A DNA stretch of 64,000 nucleotides from IMG/VR virus record IMGVR_UViG_3300022753_002012. The stretch is one strand, 5' to 3'. The notes below the pieces were generated by a model, which searched no databases, had not been told where the DNA came from, and was given only the letters and a program-made list of their open reading frames with translations. Of this stretch, positions 29,081-36,436 are shown in pieces (position 1 is the first letter of the stretch; each line of letters opens with the position of its first letter). A program made the translations under genes and the position numbers. Source of the DNA: an uncultured virus (IMG/VR IMGVR_UViG_3300022753_002012). Taxonomy: Duplodnaviria > Heunggongvirae > Uroviricota > Caudoviricetes.

Positions 29081-30283
29081 TTAGGTAGCAGAGCCGCCCT
29101 GCTGAAGCACCTTGATCGCCTCGGGAAGGATGAGCTTACCATCGACGCGCTTGGTAGCGATGAAGCCGACCTGACCCGTCTCTGCGTAACGCTCGTTGAG
29201 GCGCTTGAAGGATACACCCTGGCGGTCACCAATCCAGTAGTAAGAGAAGTCACCGAAGGCGATGGACTTTGCACCTGCACCGAGAGTGGGAGCATAGGGC
29301 GAAGTGAAGATACGCTTGCCGAGGATGGTGTCAAACTCACCATCACGGAGAGCGGGCTGCCAGAGATACTGACCGTTCTTGTCCTTGAGCTTGCGGATAG
29401 CCTTGATGGTGCTATCGTTAAGCACCCAAATTGCCTTCTTACGATAGGGCGACTTGAGGGAGTAGAAGAGGTCGATGAGTTCATCCGCAGTAATGTCGGT
29501 AGCGGATGCTGCGGTTACGCCGACTTCAGCACCGCCGACATCTGCGAGAATACCCGTAGGCTTTCCGGTACCATTGCCGGAGATGAACGCAGCTTCCTCG
29601 GCGTTACCGATACGGCGGGCAAACTCGGAGGTGAAATAGCCCTCAAGGTCGAAGGCGGAGTCGTTGAGAAGCTCCTCGGAAACCTTGATAAGGGTTGCCA
29701 CCTTGTGTGCGCCGATGAGCTGCTGACCGAATGCATCATCGCTCTCGGGAATCAGTCCCTCCTCGTCAACCCAAGCGGCAGTACCACGGGTGGATACGAT
29801 GGGGATTTTGTGTGCGCCACTCGCTGTAGTGAATACGTGAGCGTGCTTACGGATGACGTTCTCCTCCTCAAGAGAAGTGATCAGTCTCTTCTCAAAGGTA
29901 TCGGGAACGAGGTAACCGCCCTCGCTGTCGGTGCCTACCTGGAGAGCATTGCGGATTTCGTAAGAGTCACGCTTTCTTGCGTGGTTCCAGAATGCATCCT
30001 TGTAAGCATCGGAAGCTCTGCCGATTTTGGTGTCAGCCTTGGGAGCTTCGGGCTTTGCGGTGAGGGGAGTGCTTGTTGCACGGGACATTTCCTTGTCCAT
30101 AGCCTCAAGTCTCTCCATACGAGAGATTTCCTTGCCGAGATCGGTAATCTCGCTTTCCATACGAGAATAAGTAGCGTCATCCTCGGCAGAGAGAACGCCC
30201 TTGTCGGTTCTGTGGGAGTCAAGGAATGCCTTGGCTGCCTCCCACGCGGTTGCACGCTTGGTGCGAAGTTCGTTAATAGTCAT
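29081..30283 (-). CDS. Major capsid protein (HK97 family)
   Basis: GGYLVP, VSEELLNDS, LKDKNGQYLWQP, FGDFS. Confidence 0.95.
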   Translation of the reverse strand: MTINELRTKRATAWEAAKAFLDSHRTDKGVLSAEDDATYSRMESEITDLGKEISRMERLEAMDKEMSRATSTPLTAKPEAPKADTKIGRASDAYKDAFWNHARKRDSYEIRNALQVGTDSEGGYLVPDTFEKRLITSLEEENVIRKHAHVFTTASGAHKIPIVSTRGTAAWVDEEGLIPESDDAFGQQLIGAHKVATLIKVSEELLNDSAFDLEGYFTSEFARRIGNAEEAAFISGNGTGKPTGILADVGGAEVGVTAASATDITADELIDLFYSLKSPYRKKAIWVLNDSTIKAIRKLKDKNGQYLWQPALRDGEFDTILGKRIFTSPYAPTLGAGAKSIAFGDFSYYWIGDRQGVSFKRLNERYAETGQVGFIATKRVDGKLILPEAIKVLQQGGSAT

Positions 30284-30299
30284 AACATTTTCCTCCTTG

Positions 30300-31094
30300 T
30301 TAATGTTTCAAAAGATTGAGTCGGTCGTAAAGGTCATCAACCTTTCGACCCGTGGGCTTTGGTTCTTTAGGCTGAATTTTTGCAGCCTCGGCTATCATTT
30401 TGTGGCGCATCTTGTTCATAAGAGCAACCTCGACAGCCTTGCGAGAGAACATCATAGATGCCTTGGGAGCAACGTCTGTGTTCTCGGTAGGTATGGTTTC
30501 TTCGGGAGTTACGGTGATGTCCTCGACTTGAGCCGGGGCTTCTCGTGTGAGAATGCCGTCGATAAATCCAAGCTCAAGTGCCTTGTTAGCATCCATCCAG
30601 GTCTCTGCATCCATAAGGTGTGCGAGCTTTGCACGAGAGAGTCCGGTCTTGATTTCGTAGGCGTTGAGGATTGACTCCTTTACGCTTCCGAGCATCTCGA
30701 TAGCCTTTTCCATCTCGTCTTTATCGCCCATCGCAACCGTCATCGGATTGTGGATCATAAGCATACCAACGGGGGACATAAGGACTTCTGTACCAGCCAT
30801 AGCAATAACGGAAGCAGCCGAAGCCGCGATGCCGTCAATTTTGACCGTAACAGAACCTTTGTAATCCATCAGCATATTGTAGATTTGAGCCGCCGCAACG
30901 CAATCGCCACCGGGGCTATTAATCCAAATGGTGATGTCACCACTACCGGATTCAAGCTCCTCGCGGAAAAGCTGTGGAGTGACGTCATCGTCAAACCAAC
31001 TTTCCTCGGCGATGGTGCCGTTGAGGTGCAGAGTTCTCATTGCCGGAGTTGTCTCCGTCTTCTCCTGATTCGTCCAATTCCAAAACTTCTTCAT
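30300..31094 (-). CDS. ClpP-like prohead protease
   Basis: INSPGG, IDGIAASAAS, MIHNP, ETWM..ALELGFID. Confidence 0.93.
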   Translation of the reverse strand: MKKFWNWTNQEKTETTPAMRTLHLNGTIAEESWFDDDVTPQLFREELESGSGDITIWINSPGGDCVAAAQIYNMLMDYKGSVTVKIDGIAASAASVIAMAGTEVLMSPVGMLMIHNPMTVAMGDKDEMEKAIEMLGSVKESILNAYEIKTGLSRAKLAHLMDAETWMDANKALELGFIDGILTREAPAQVEDITVTPEETIPTENTDVAPKASMMFSRKAVEVALMNKMRHKMIAEAAKIQPKEPKPTGRKVDDLYDRLNLLKH

Positions 31095-32358
31095 CGGGTG
31101 TTTCCTCCTTTCCGTTATCGTTGGGTGTTATATTTGCAAAAGCTCCCGCATTACGCATAGGGAGCATATTGCCGTTAATAAGGTAAAGGTCGCCGCCTTC
31201 TTCCGTGGGGATGCGGTCGAGGTTTTCAAGCTCTCGGATATCGTTGGCGGACATCCAACCGTTCTGGCGACCGATTGCGTAGCCGTTCATACGGCTTTGA
31301 TAGTCGCCTCGTAAAAGCCCCTCAAGGTTGAATTTCACATAATACGATTTTTTCTCCTCGGGGGTCAGAAGAGAACGCATAATGGATTGCTCCCAACGGA
31401 TCACCCAGGGGTCAAGCGTGTATTTGACAAATTCGAGGGACTGTTGTTCAATGTTTGAAAAGCTCGACTTCTCAAGGTCGCCCACCATATGGGGAGGCAC
31501 ACGGAAAATACGAGCGATTTCATTGATTTGAAATTTGCGGGTTTCAAGGAATTGTGCTTGTTCCGGTGAAATGGAAATCGGCGTATACTTCATTCCTTCT
31601 TCCAAAACTGCCACCTTGCCGGAGTTGGACGAACCACCGAACTGGCTTTGCCAGGCTTCACGCACACGGCTTGGGTCTTTTATAGTACCGGGATGTTCGA
31701 GAACACCGGAGGGAGCAGCACCATTGGCAAAGAACTTGGCACCGAATTCCTCACAAGCAATAGCCATACCGATAGCGTTTTTAGCCATCGCAATGGGCGA
31801 ATAGCCGACCAAACCGTCAAAGCCAAGACCGGGGATGTGAAGCACATCGGACGGCTTCAGAATCACCGACGAGCCCTTCATTGTGGGAGCTTCATCGTTG
31901 GAGCGTTGGTACGTATAGTAAAGCTGGCCGTGTTCGTCTCGGTCAACGGTCATCTTGTTTGGCATAAGCGGATATAGAGCGATGACCTCGTTTTTACCGT
32001 TCCTTATGATTTGTGCGTAAGCGTTGCCCCAAAGCAAAAGGTGTGTCATCAGCGTTTCTCTGAAAACAAAACTTGACATTTCGGGGTTCGGCTCATCGTG
32101 GAGCAGTAAATACAGCGGATGGTTTACGGCTTTTTCCTTGCCACCCGATTCGGTATAGTGATAGAGATGAAGCGGAAGTCCGGCGACCGCTTCTGCAAGA
32201 ATACGGACACACGAATAAACCGCTGTCATTTGCATAGCGGAGCGCTCGTTGACGGGCTTGCCAGATGTTGAGCCGCCCATATAGAAGGTATAGGCGCTTC
32301 CGGCTGTACTGTTGGTAGGCTTATCCCGTGAACGGAATAGTCCTGAAAATAATCCCAT
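30991..32358 (-). CDS. Portal protein (HK97 family)
   Basis: AVYSCVRILAE, LLWGNAY, VLHI, GYSP, IARIFRVPP. Confidence 0.95.
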   Translation of the reverse strand: MGLFSGLFRSRDKPTNSTAGSAYTFYMGGSTSGKPVNERSAMQMTAVYSCVRILAEAVAGLPLHLYHYTESGGKEKAVNHPLYLLLHDEPNPEMSSFVFRETLMTHLLLWGNAYAQIIRNGKNEVIALYPLMPNKMTVDRDEHGQLYYTYQRSNDEAPTMKGSSVILKPSDVLHIPGLGFDGLVGYSPIAMAKNAIGMAIACEEFGAKFFANGAAPSGVLEHPGTIKDPSRVREAWQSQFGGSSNSGKVAVLEEGMKYTPISISPEQAQFLETRKFQINEIARIFRVPPHMVGDLEKSSFSNIEQQSLEFVKYTLDPWVIRWEQSIMRSLLTPEEKKSYYVKFNLEGLLRGDYQSRMNGYAIGRQNGWMSANDIRELENLDRIPTEEGGDLYLINGNMLPMRNAGAFANITPNDNGKEETPDEEVLELDESGEDGDNSGNENSAPQRHHRRGKLV

Positions 32359-32412
32359 ATTGATTTACCTCCTTGGAGTAGTGTTTGGATTTTAGAAATT
32401 TATCAAAAGCAC

Positions 32413-32464
32413 TTGACAATGCATCCAATTGGGTGTATAATAATCAAAAACATCCAAATGGCTG
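32413..32464 (+). promoter_or_regulatory. Consensus promoter with two palindromic operators
   Basis: TTGACA-17-TATAAT; CATCCAATTGGGTG (32422-35) and CATCCAAATGGCTG (32451-64). Confidence 0.7.
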
Positions 32465-32488
32465 TAAATTCACGAAAGGTGCTTTGAT

Positions 32489-32833
32489 ATGAAAGAATTT
32501 AAATTTGATGGTTTTCAGATAATACACCCAACAACGTGCGGTATCCTTAAAGAGAGACGCATATTTTTAGGTATGACGCAGAAGCAGGTAGCAGAGAAGG
32601 CGGGTATTCCAATCCAAAGCTATCAGCGTTTTGAAAGCGGAGAGCGTAATATTATGACGGCATCGTTTCAAATGGCGTGTCGCGTGATTGAGGTGCTTGA
32701 AATGGATATATCCGCATTCTACCACAACGAGTATGTGCTGGGTGAGCCTACATACGATTCGCCCGAAGGCTTGCGTTTCAAGAAAACGGGCAAGCTGATC
32801 AACGAGGATATCGTTGATGATTCAGATAAATAA
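32489..32833 (+). CDS. XRE-family regulator, antisense moron between terminase and portal
   Basis: LKERR..LGMTQKQVAEKAGIPIQSYQRFESGER. Confidence 0.85.
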   Translation: MKEFKFDGFQIIHPTTCGILKERRIFLGMTQKQVAEKAGIPIQSYQRFESGERNIMTASFQMACRVIEVLEMDISAFYHNEYVLGEPTYDSPEGLRFKKTGKLINEDIVDDSDK

Positions 32834-34423
32834 AAGCCCGCGTTCATCATAAACGCTGGCGCTGGTATCGTTGCCACAACGAATTGCTCGGTCGAGCGCC
32901 ATAATCGCGGCAACTGCACCGTCAATCTTTTCTGTGGATTTTTCCTTGTCGGGTTTGATATTGCCCGCAGGGTCGGTACGAATAAAAATGTTATCCATCA
33001 TCCAATGGAGAACGGGATGCCCTCCGTGAGCAATCTTCTGCTCAAGCACGAGCTTCATCAGTTCCTTGGTCGGTGGGGACATATCTTTGAAGCCCTGTCC
33101 AAAGGGGACAACGGTAAATCCCATACCTTCAAGGTTCTGCACCATTTGAACAGCCCCCCAACGGTCAAAGGCAATCTCACGAATATTGAAACGCTCACCG
33201 AGTCGTTCTATGAATTTCTCAATGTAGCCGTAATGAACAACATTGCCTTCGGTGGTCTGTAGGAAGCCTTGACGCTCCCATATGTCATACGGCACGTGGT
33301 CGCGCCGAACACGAAGTTCAAGGCAATCTTCGGGAATCCAGAAGTATGGAAGAATGACATATTTATCGTCCTCGTCCCCAGGCGGGAATACCAGGACGAA
33401 TGCCGTAATATCCGTAGTGGAGGAGAGGTCGAGTCCGCCATAGCAAACACGACCTTCCAGATCGTCTTCATTTGTTGCGAAGGCGCACCTGTCCCACTTA
33501 TCCATAGGCATCCAACGGATGGCTTGCTTTACCCATTGATTTAAGCGGAGCTGTCGGAAGGCGTTTTCTTCTGCCGGGTTCTGCATTGCAGATTCGCAAG
33601 CGGCGCGGACTTTATCGATACCAACGGTAATACCGAGGGAGGGATTGGCTTTCTTCCATACCTTGGGGTCCGTCCAATCGTCCCCTTCATCTGCCCCATA
33701 GATAACGGGGTAGAAGGTAGGGTCGATTTTTCTGCCTTCCAGGATGTCTTTTGCCTTTTGATGGGTTTCGTAGCAAATAGATTTTGTGTCCGTTCCCGCC
33801 GTGGTGATAAGGAAGTACAGCGGTTGCATTCGTGCGTCACCCGAACCCTTTGTCATAACGTCAAAGAGTTTTCTGTTCGGCTGCGTATGAAGCTCATCAA
33901 AAACAACGCCGTGGATATTAAAGCCGTGCTTGGAATAAGCCTCGGCAGAGAGAACTTGGTAGAAGCTGTTGGTCGGTATATATTGGATACGCTTTGCCGC
34001 CGTTAATATCTTGACCCTCTTTGCGAGAGCAGGGCACATACGCACCATGTCTGCCGCCACTTCAAAAACGATAGAGGCTTGTTGACGATCTGCAGCACAG
34101 CCGTAAACCTCGGCTCTTTCCTCGTAGTCCCCACAAGTGAGGAGAAGGGCGACCGCTGCCGCAAGCTCCGATTTGCCCATTTTCTTTGGGATTTCGATGT
34201 AGGCAGTATTAAATTGCCGATAGCCGTTTGGCTTTAGGATTCCGAAGAGGTCCCGTATAATCTGTTCTTGCCAATCAAGTAGCTCAAAGCGTTTACCCGC
34301 CCATGTGCCTTTGGTATGGCAGAGCTGTTCAATAAAATTTACGGCGTGGTCGGCAGCCACCGCATTATAGCGAGAGTCTTTTGCCTTGAACTTTGTTGGC
34401 TTGTATTTTTTACGTGTTGCGAT
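32822..34423 (-). CDS. terL: Terminase large subunit (probable ATC start at 34423; GTG 34360 is the alternative)
   Basis: IPKKMGKSEL Walker A, VFDELH Walker B, GGLDLSSTTD, KIDG. Confidence 0.93.
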   Translation of the reverse strand: MATRKKYKPTKFKAKDSRYNAVAADHAVNFIEQLCHTKGTWAGKRFELLDWQEQIIRDLFGILKPNGYRQFNTAYIEIPKKMGKSELAAAVALLLTCGDYEERAEVYGCAADRQQASIVFEVAADMVRMCPALAKRVKILTAAKRIQYIPTNSFYQVLSAEAYSKHGFNIHGVVFDELHTQPNRKLFDVMTKGSGDARMQPLYFLITTAGTDTKSICYETHQKAKDILEGRKIDPTFYPVIYGADEGDDWTDPKVWKKANPSLGITVGIDKVRAACESAMQNPAEENAFRQLRLNQWVKQAIRWMPMDKWDRCAFATNEDDLEGRVCYGGLDLSSTTDITAFVLVFPPGDEDDKYVILPYFWIPEDCLELRVRRDHVPYDIWERQGFLQTTEGNVVHYGYIEKFIERLGERFNIREIAFDRWGAVQMVQNLEGMGFTVVPFGQGFKDMSPPTKELMKLVLEQKIAHGGHPVLHWMMDNIFIRTDPAGNIKPDKEKSTEKIDGAVAAIMALDRAIRCGNDTSASVYDERGLLFI

Positions 34424-34449
34424 GGCATTGCCTCCTTTCTATTGGCAGT

Positions 34450-34480
34450 AAAAAAGGATAACGCCCGAAGGCGCTACCCT
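34450..34480 (-). terminator. Strong intrinsic terminator directly upstream of terL RBS
   Basis: AGGGTAGCGCC-TTCG-GGCGTTATCCT followed by a T-run. Confidence 0.75.
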
Positions 34481-34498
34481 AAAATGTATGGTTGATGC

Positions 34499-34678
34499 TT
34501 ATTCCGCTTCACCAGTTAAAATGAAGTGAACATATTCTTTGCGGTGTTCTTCCAGGAAGATAACCAACTCGAAGTATTCCATTTCGTAGGCAAGGCGCAG
34601 AACCATATTTGTGTCAAACATATTCGTCAGCCCCGTGGCACGGATTGCGAGGATTTGTTCTTTCACCTTATTTGTCAT
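34499..34678 (-). CDS. DUF5049-like small protein
   Basis: VKEQILAIRATGLTNMFD..YVHFILTG. Confidence 0.75.
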   Translation of the reverse strand: MTNKVKEQILAIRATGLTNMFDTNMVLRLAYEMEYFELVIFLEEHRKEYVHFILTGEAE

Positions 34679-34907
34679 CGTCAATCCTCCTACAAGCATC
34701 CTCACCGTAAATAACACCAAGGCTTGAGCCGATATCCCAACGCACATGAATTGTGCCTGTATCATCAACGTGCTTCACGGTGCCTTTGCAACCGGGAACC
34801 AAGTCTGTGCGGTATGGGTCGCTCATTCGTACAAGTTCAACACGTGCACCATTCGGAAACCTCTCCCTTAAGACTTCCAATGTGGCTTTGCTTATTCCGA
34901 ACATCAC
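34668..34907 (-). CDS. DUF4314-like protein
   Basis: GARVELVRMSDPY, GTVKHVDDTGTIHVRWDIGSSL. Confidence 0.8.
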   Translation of the reverse strand: MMFGISKATLEVLRERFPNGARVELVRMSDPYRTDLVPGCKGTVKHVDDTGTIHVRWDIGSSLGVIYGEDACRRIDDDK

Positions 34908-35581
34908 TCGTTTTCCTCCTTTGCGTTTTTAAATGCGGATGAACCTTCAAGGTTTCGGAGCAGAATTTTTCGCTCCGTCTTGTATTCGTTGCCGATGAAG
35001 CCGAGACGAAGGAGGAAGCATCGGAATGCGTGCTTCTCGTTGTCGGTCTCTTTTTCCTTTGCGGTGACACGCTTTTGGTTCCGCGCCATCTCGCAGAGCT
35101 TGCAAATAAAAGTATCATAGGCTTTCAGCTCGTCTGGGGTAGGCTGTCCCTTGAACCAGGGGAATGAAACCTTGGTGTCGGTGATCTCAAGCGGAAGGCT
35201 GTCCGTTCCCAGGGCTTTCTTGATAAGGTGTCCCTTGGCTGCGATAAGTGCCTTGAGGTTTTCAAGGTTGCTTTCGGTAAAAAGGCTTTTTGGCATCGAA
35301 ATACAAATGCCGAGAGACTCCTCCTCGTCATCGGAAGTGTCCTCGGCACTCATATCGATATCAAAGCCCTCGTCATAAAGGTGTTCCATCAGCTGCTCAA
35401 GCGTCTCCTCGTCAATGCCGTCCTCATAATGAAGGCAACCGTTCTTATCAACGGTAAAGTCCTTGATTTCGTAGGCAAAGCTGGGCGCTCCCTTGTACTG
35501 TGCAGGCCAATCGAGCCATTCTGCGATGGTGGTTACCAGGCGCTTGCGTTCAGCGCCGTTTGCGTGGATTGTAATCGTCAT
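34904..35581 (-). CDS. Conserved prophage protein (often labelled virulence-related protein)
   Basis: YKGAPSFAY, NEKHAFRCFLLRLGFIG, LLRNLEGSSAFK. Confidence 0.75.
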   Translation of the reverse strand: MTITIHANGAERKRLVTTIAEWLDWPAQYKGAPSFAYEIKDFTVDKNGCLHYEDGIDEETLEQLMEHLYDEGFDIDMSAEDTSDDEEESLGICISMPKSLFTESNLENLKALIAAKGHLIKKALGTDSLPLEITDTKVSFPWFKGQPTPDELKAYDTFICKLCEMARNQKRVTAKEKETDNEKHAFRCFLLRLGFIGNEYKTERKILLRNLEGSSAFKNAKEENE

Positions 35582-35610
35582 GTGCGTATGACCTCCTTGT
35601 TTTTTTTATG

Positions 35611-35654
35611 GTACACACATATTAACTCCAAAAGCGAAATATATCCAGTCATTT
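35611..35654 (-). promoter_or_regulatory. Promoter-like motif shared with 9734-9777
   Basis: 31/44 identity, upstream of AAGGAGGT RBS. Confidence 0.5.
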
Positions 35655-35724
35655 TCGACATTTTCCAAGGTAGAATATGTGGCTCGTTTTTTGTAAATAA
35701 TTTGTGTAATATAGACGTTGCCTA

Positions 35725-35753
35725 TTGAAAAAACCACTTTTTTGTGATATAAT
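35725..35753 (+). promoter_or_regulatory. Sigma-A promoter driving riboswitch
   Basis: TTGAAA-17-TATAAT with TG extension. Confidence 0.75.
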
Positions 35754-35761
35754 AAAGGCAA

Positions 35762-35893
35762 CCTATAAAGAGTGCGTGAGGGACAAGCCCGTTGACCGCA
35801 CAGCAACCTACCAAATGGCAAGGTGCTAATGCTTGAACGATGGGATGATATATGATGCTTTCAATCCTGTCGTAACGATGGGATTGTTTTTTT
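35762..35893 (+). promoter_or_regulatory. SAM-I (S-box) riboswitch lacking P4, with terminator expression platform
   Basis: CCTAT-AAAGAG, P2 TGCG/CGCA with GA/TGA kink-turn and GGG-ACAAG-CCC, P3 AGCAACCT..AGGTGCT, pseudoknot CAAG/CTTG, GATGGG; terminator 35862-35893. Confidence 0.85.
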
Positions 35894-35936
35894 ATGCTCT
35901 CTTGTAGGAAATATTTTTTATAAGGAGCATAATATT

Positions 35937-36245
35937 ATGCGTACAATCAAATCTCTCACACAAAACACAGAAAAGGTCTTCATCTCTTGTGCAACGCAAA
36001 AGGCTGCAATGCAGTTCTTACTGAATGCAGAAAAAGAAGGTATCCGTTTTGCCAACGGCACGGCTCCAACGCAAGGGAGTATCAGCCATTGCTATTGTCT
36101 CCATGCCGATGGAACATTGTGGTATGTCGGTTGGGCGGGGCAAATGTATTATCATCAGAACGAGGCGCACCTAACAAAGATCGATTACGAGAAATACGAA
36201 GGCGGGGCAGAGGACTATTTTATTCATCGTCCTGAACAAAGCTAA
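35937..36245 (+). CDS. Hypothetical 102-aa protein under SAM riboswitch control
   Basis: AAGGAG RBS, ATG; no recognisable enzyme motif. Confidence 0.75.
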   Translation: MRTIKSLTQNTEKVFISCATQKAAMQFLLNAEKEGIRFANGTAPTQGSISHCYCLHADGTLWYVGWAGQMYYHQNEAHLTKIDYEKYEGGAEDYFIHRPEQS

Positions 36246-36269
36246 ATTAATCAAACTAAATATAACTTA

Positions 36270-36298
36270 TTGACAAAAAAGGCATTTTGGTATATAAT
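36270..36298 (+). promoter_or_regulatory. Perfect consensus sigma-A promoter
   Basis: TTGACA-17-TATAAT. Confidence 0.75.
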
Positions 36299-36304
36299 TA
36301 ATGC

Positions 36305-36422
36305 AGGGATGATACTCAAAGCACATAAAGTTGTTCAAAGGTTATGTACCCCATGTTATCGTTATCCCTAATGTGAGAAGCAACCGCCTAACTTGTCAAG
36401 GTATAGGCGGTTGTTTTATTTT
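36305..36422 (+). ncRNA. Putative ~118-nt small RNA
   Basis: Promoter, long 5' hairpin (AGGGAT/ATCCCT, ACATAA/TTATGT), terminator CAACCGCCTA/TAGGCGGTTG-TTTT; no RBS-led ORF. Confidence 0.55.
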
Positions 36423-36436
36423 ATGCAAGATACTGT

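Noticed and set aside
22850..30319. Long plus-strand ORFs 22850-23644, 27157-28179, 29705-30319
   Set aside because: Shadows of tape measure, tail and capsid genes caused by codon bias
30991..31094. 104-bp portal/protease overlap
   Set aside because: Low-complexity portal tail running over the protease start; not evidence of a new function
36309..36371. 20-aa ORF MILKAHKVVQRLCTPCYRYP
   Set aside because: No RBS and the start codon is buried in a stem; treated as sRNA, although leaderless translation is not excluded
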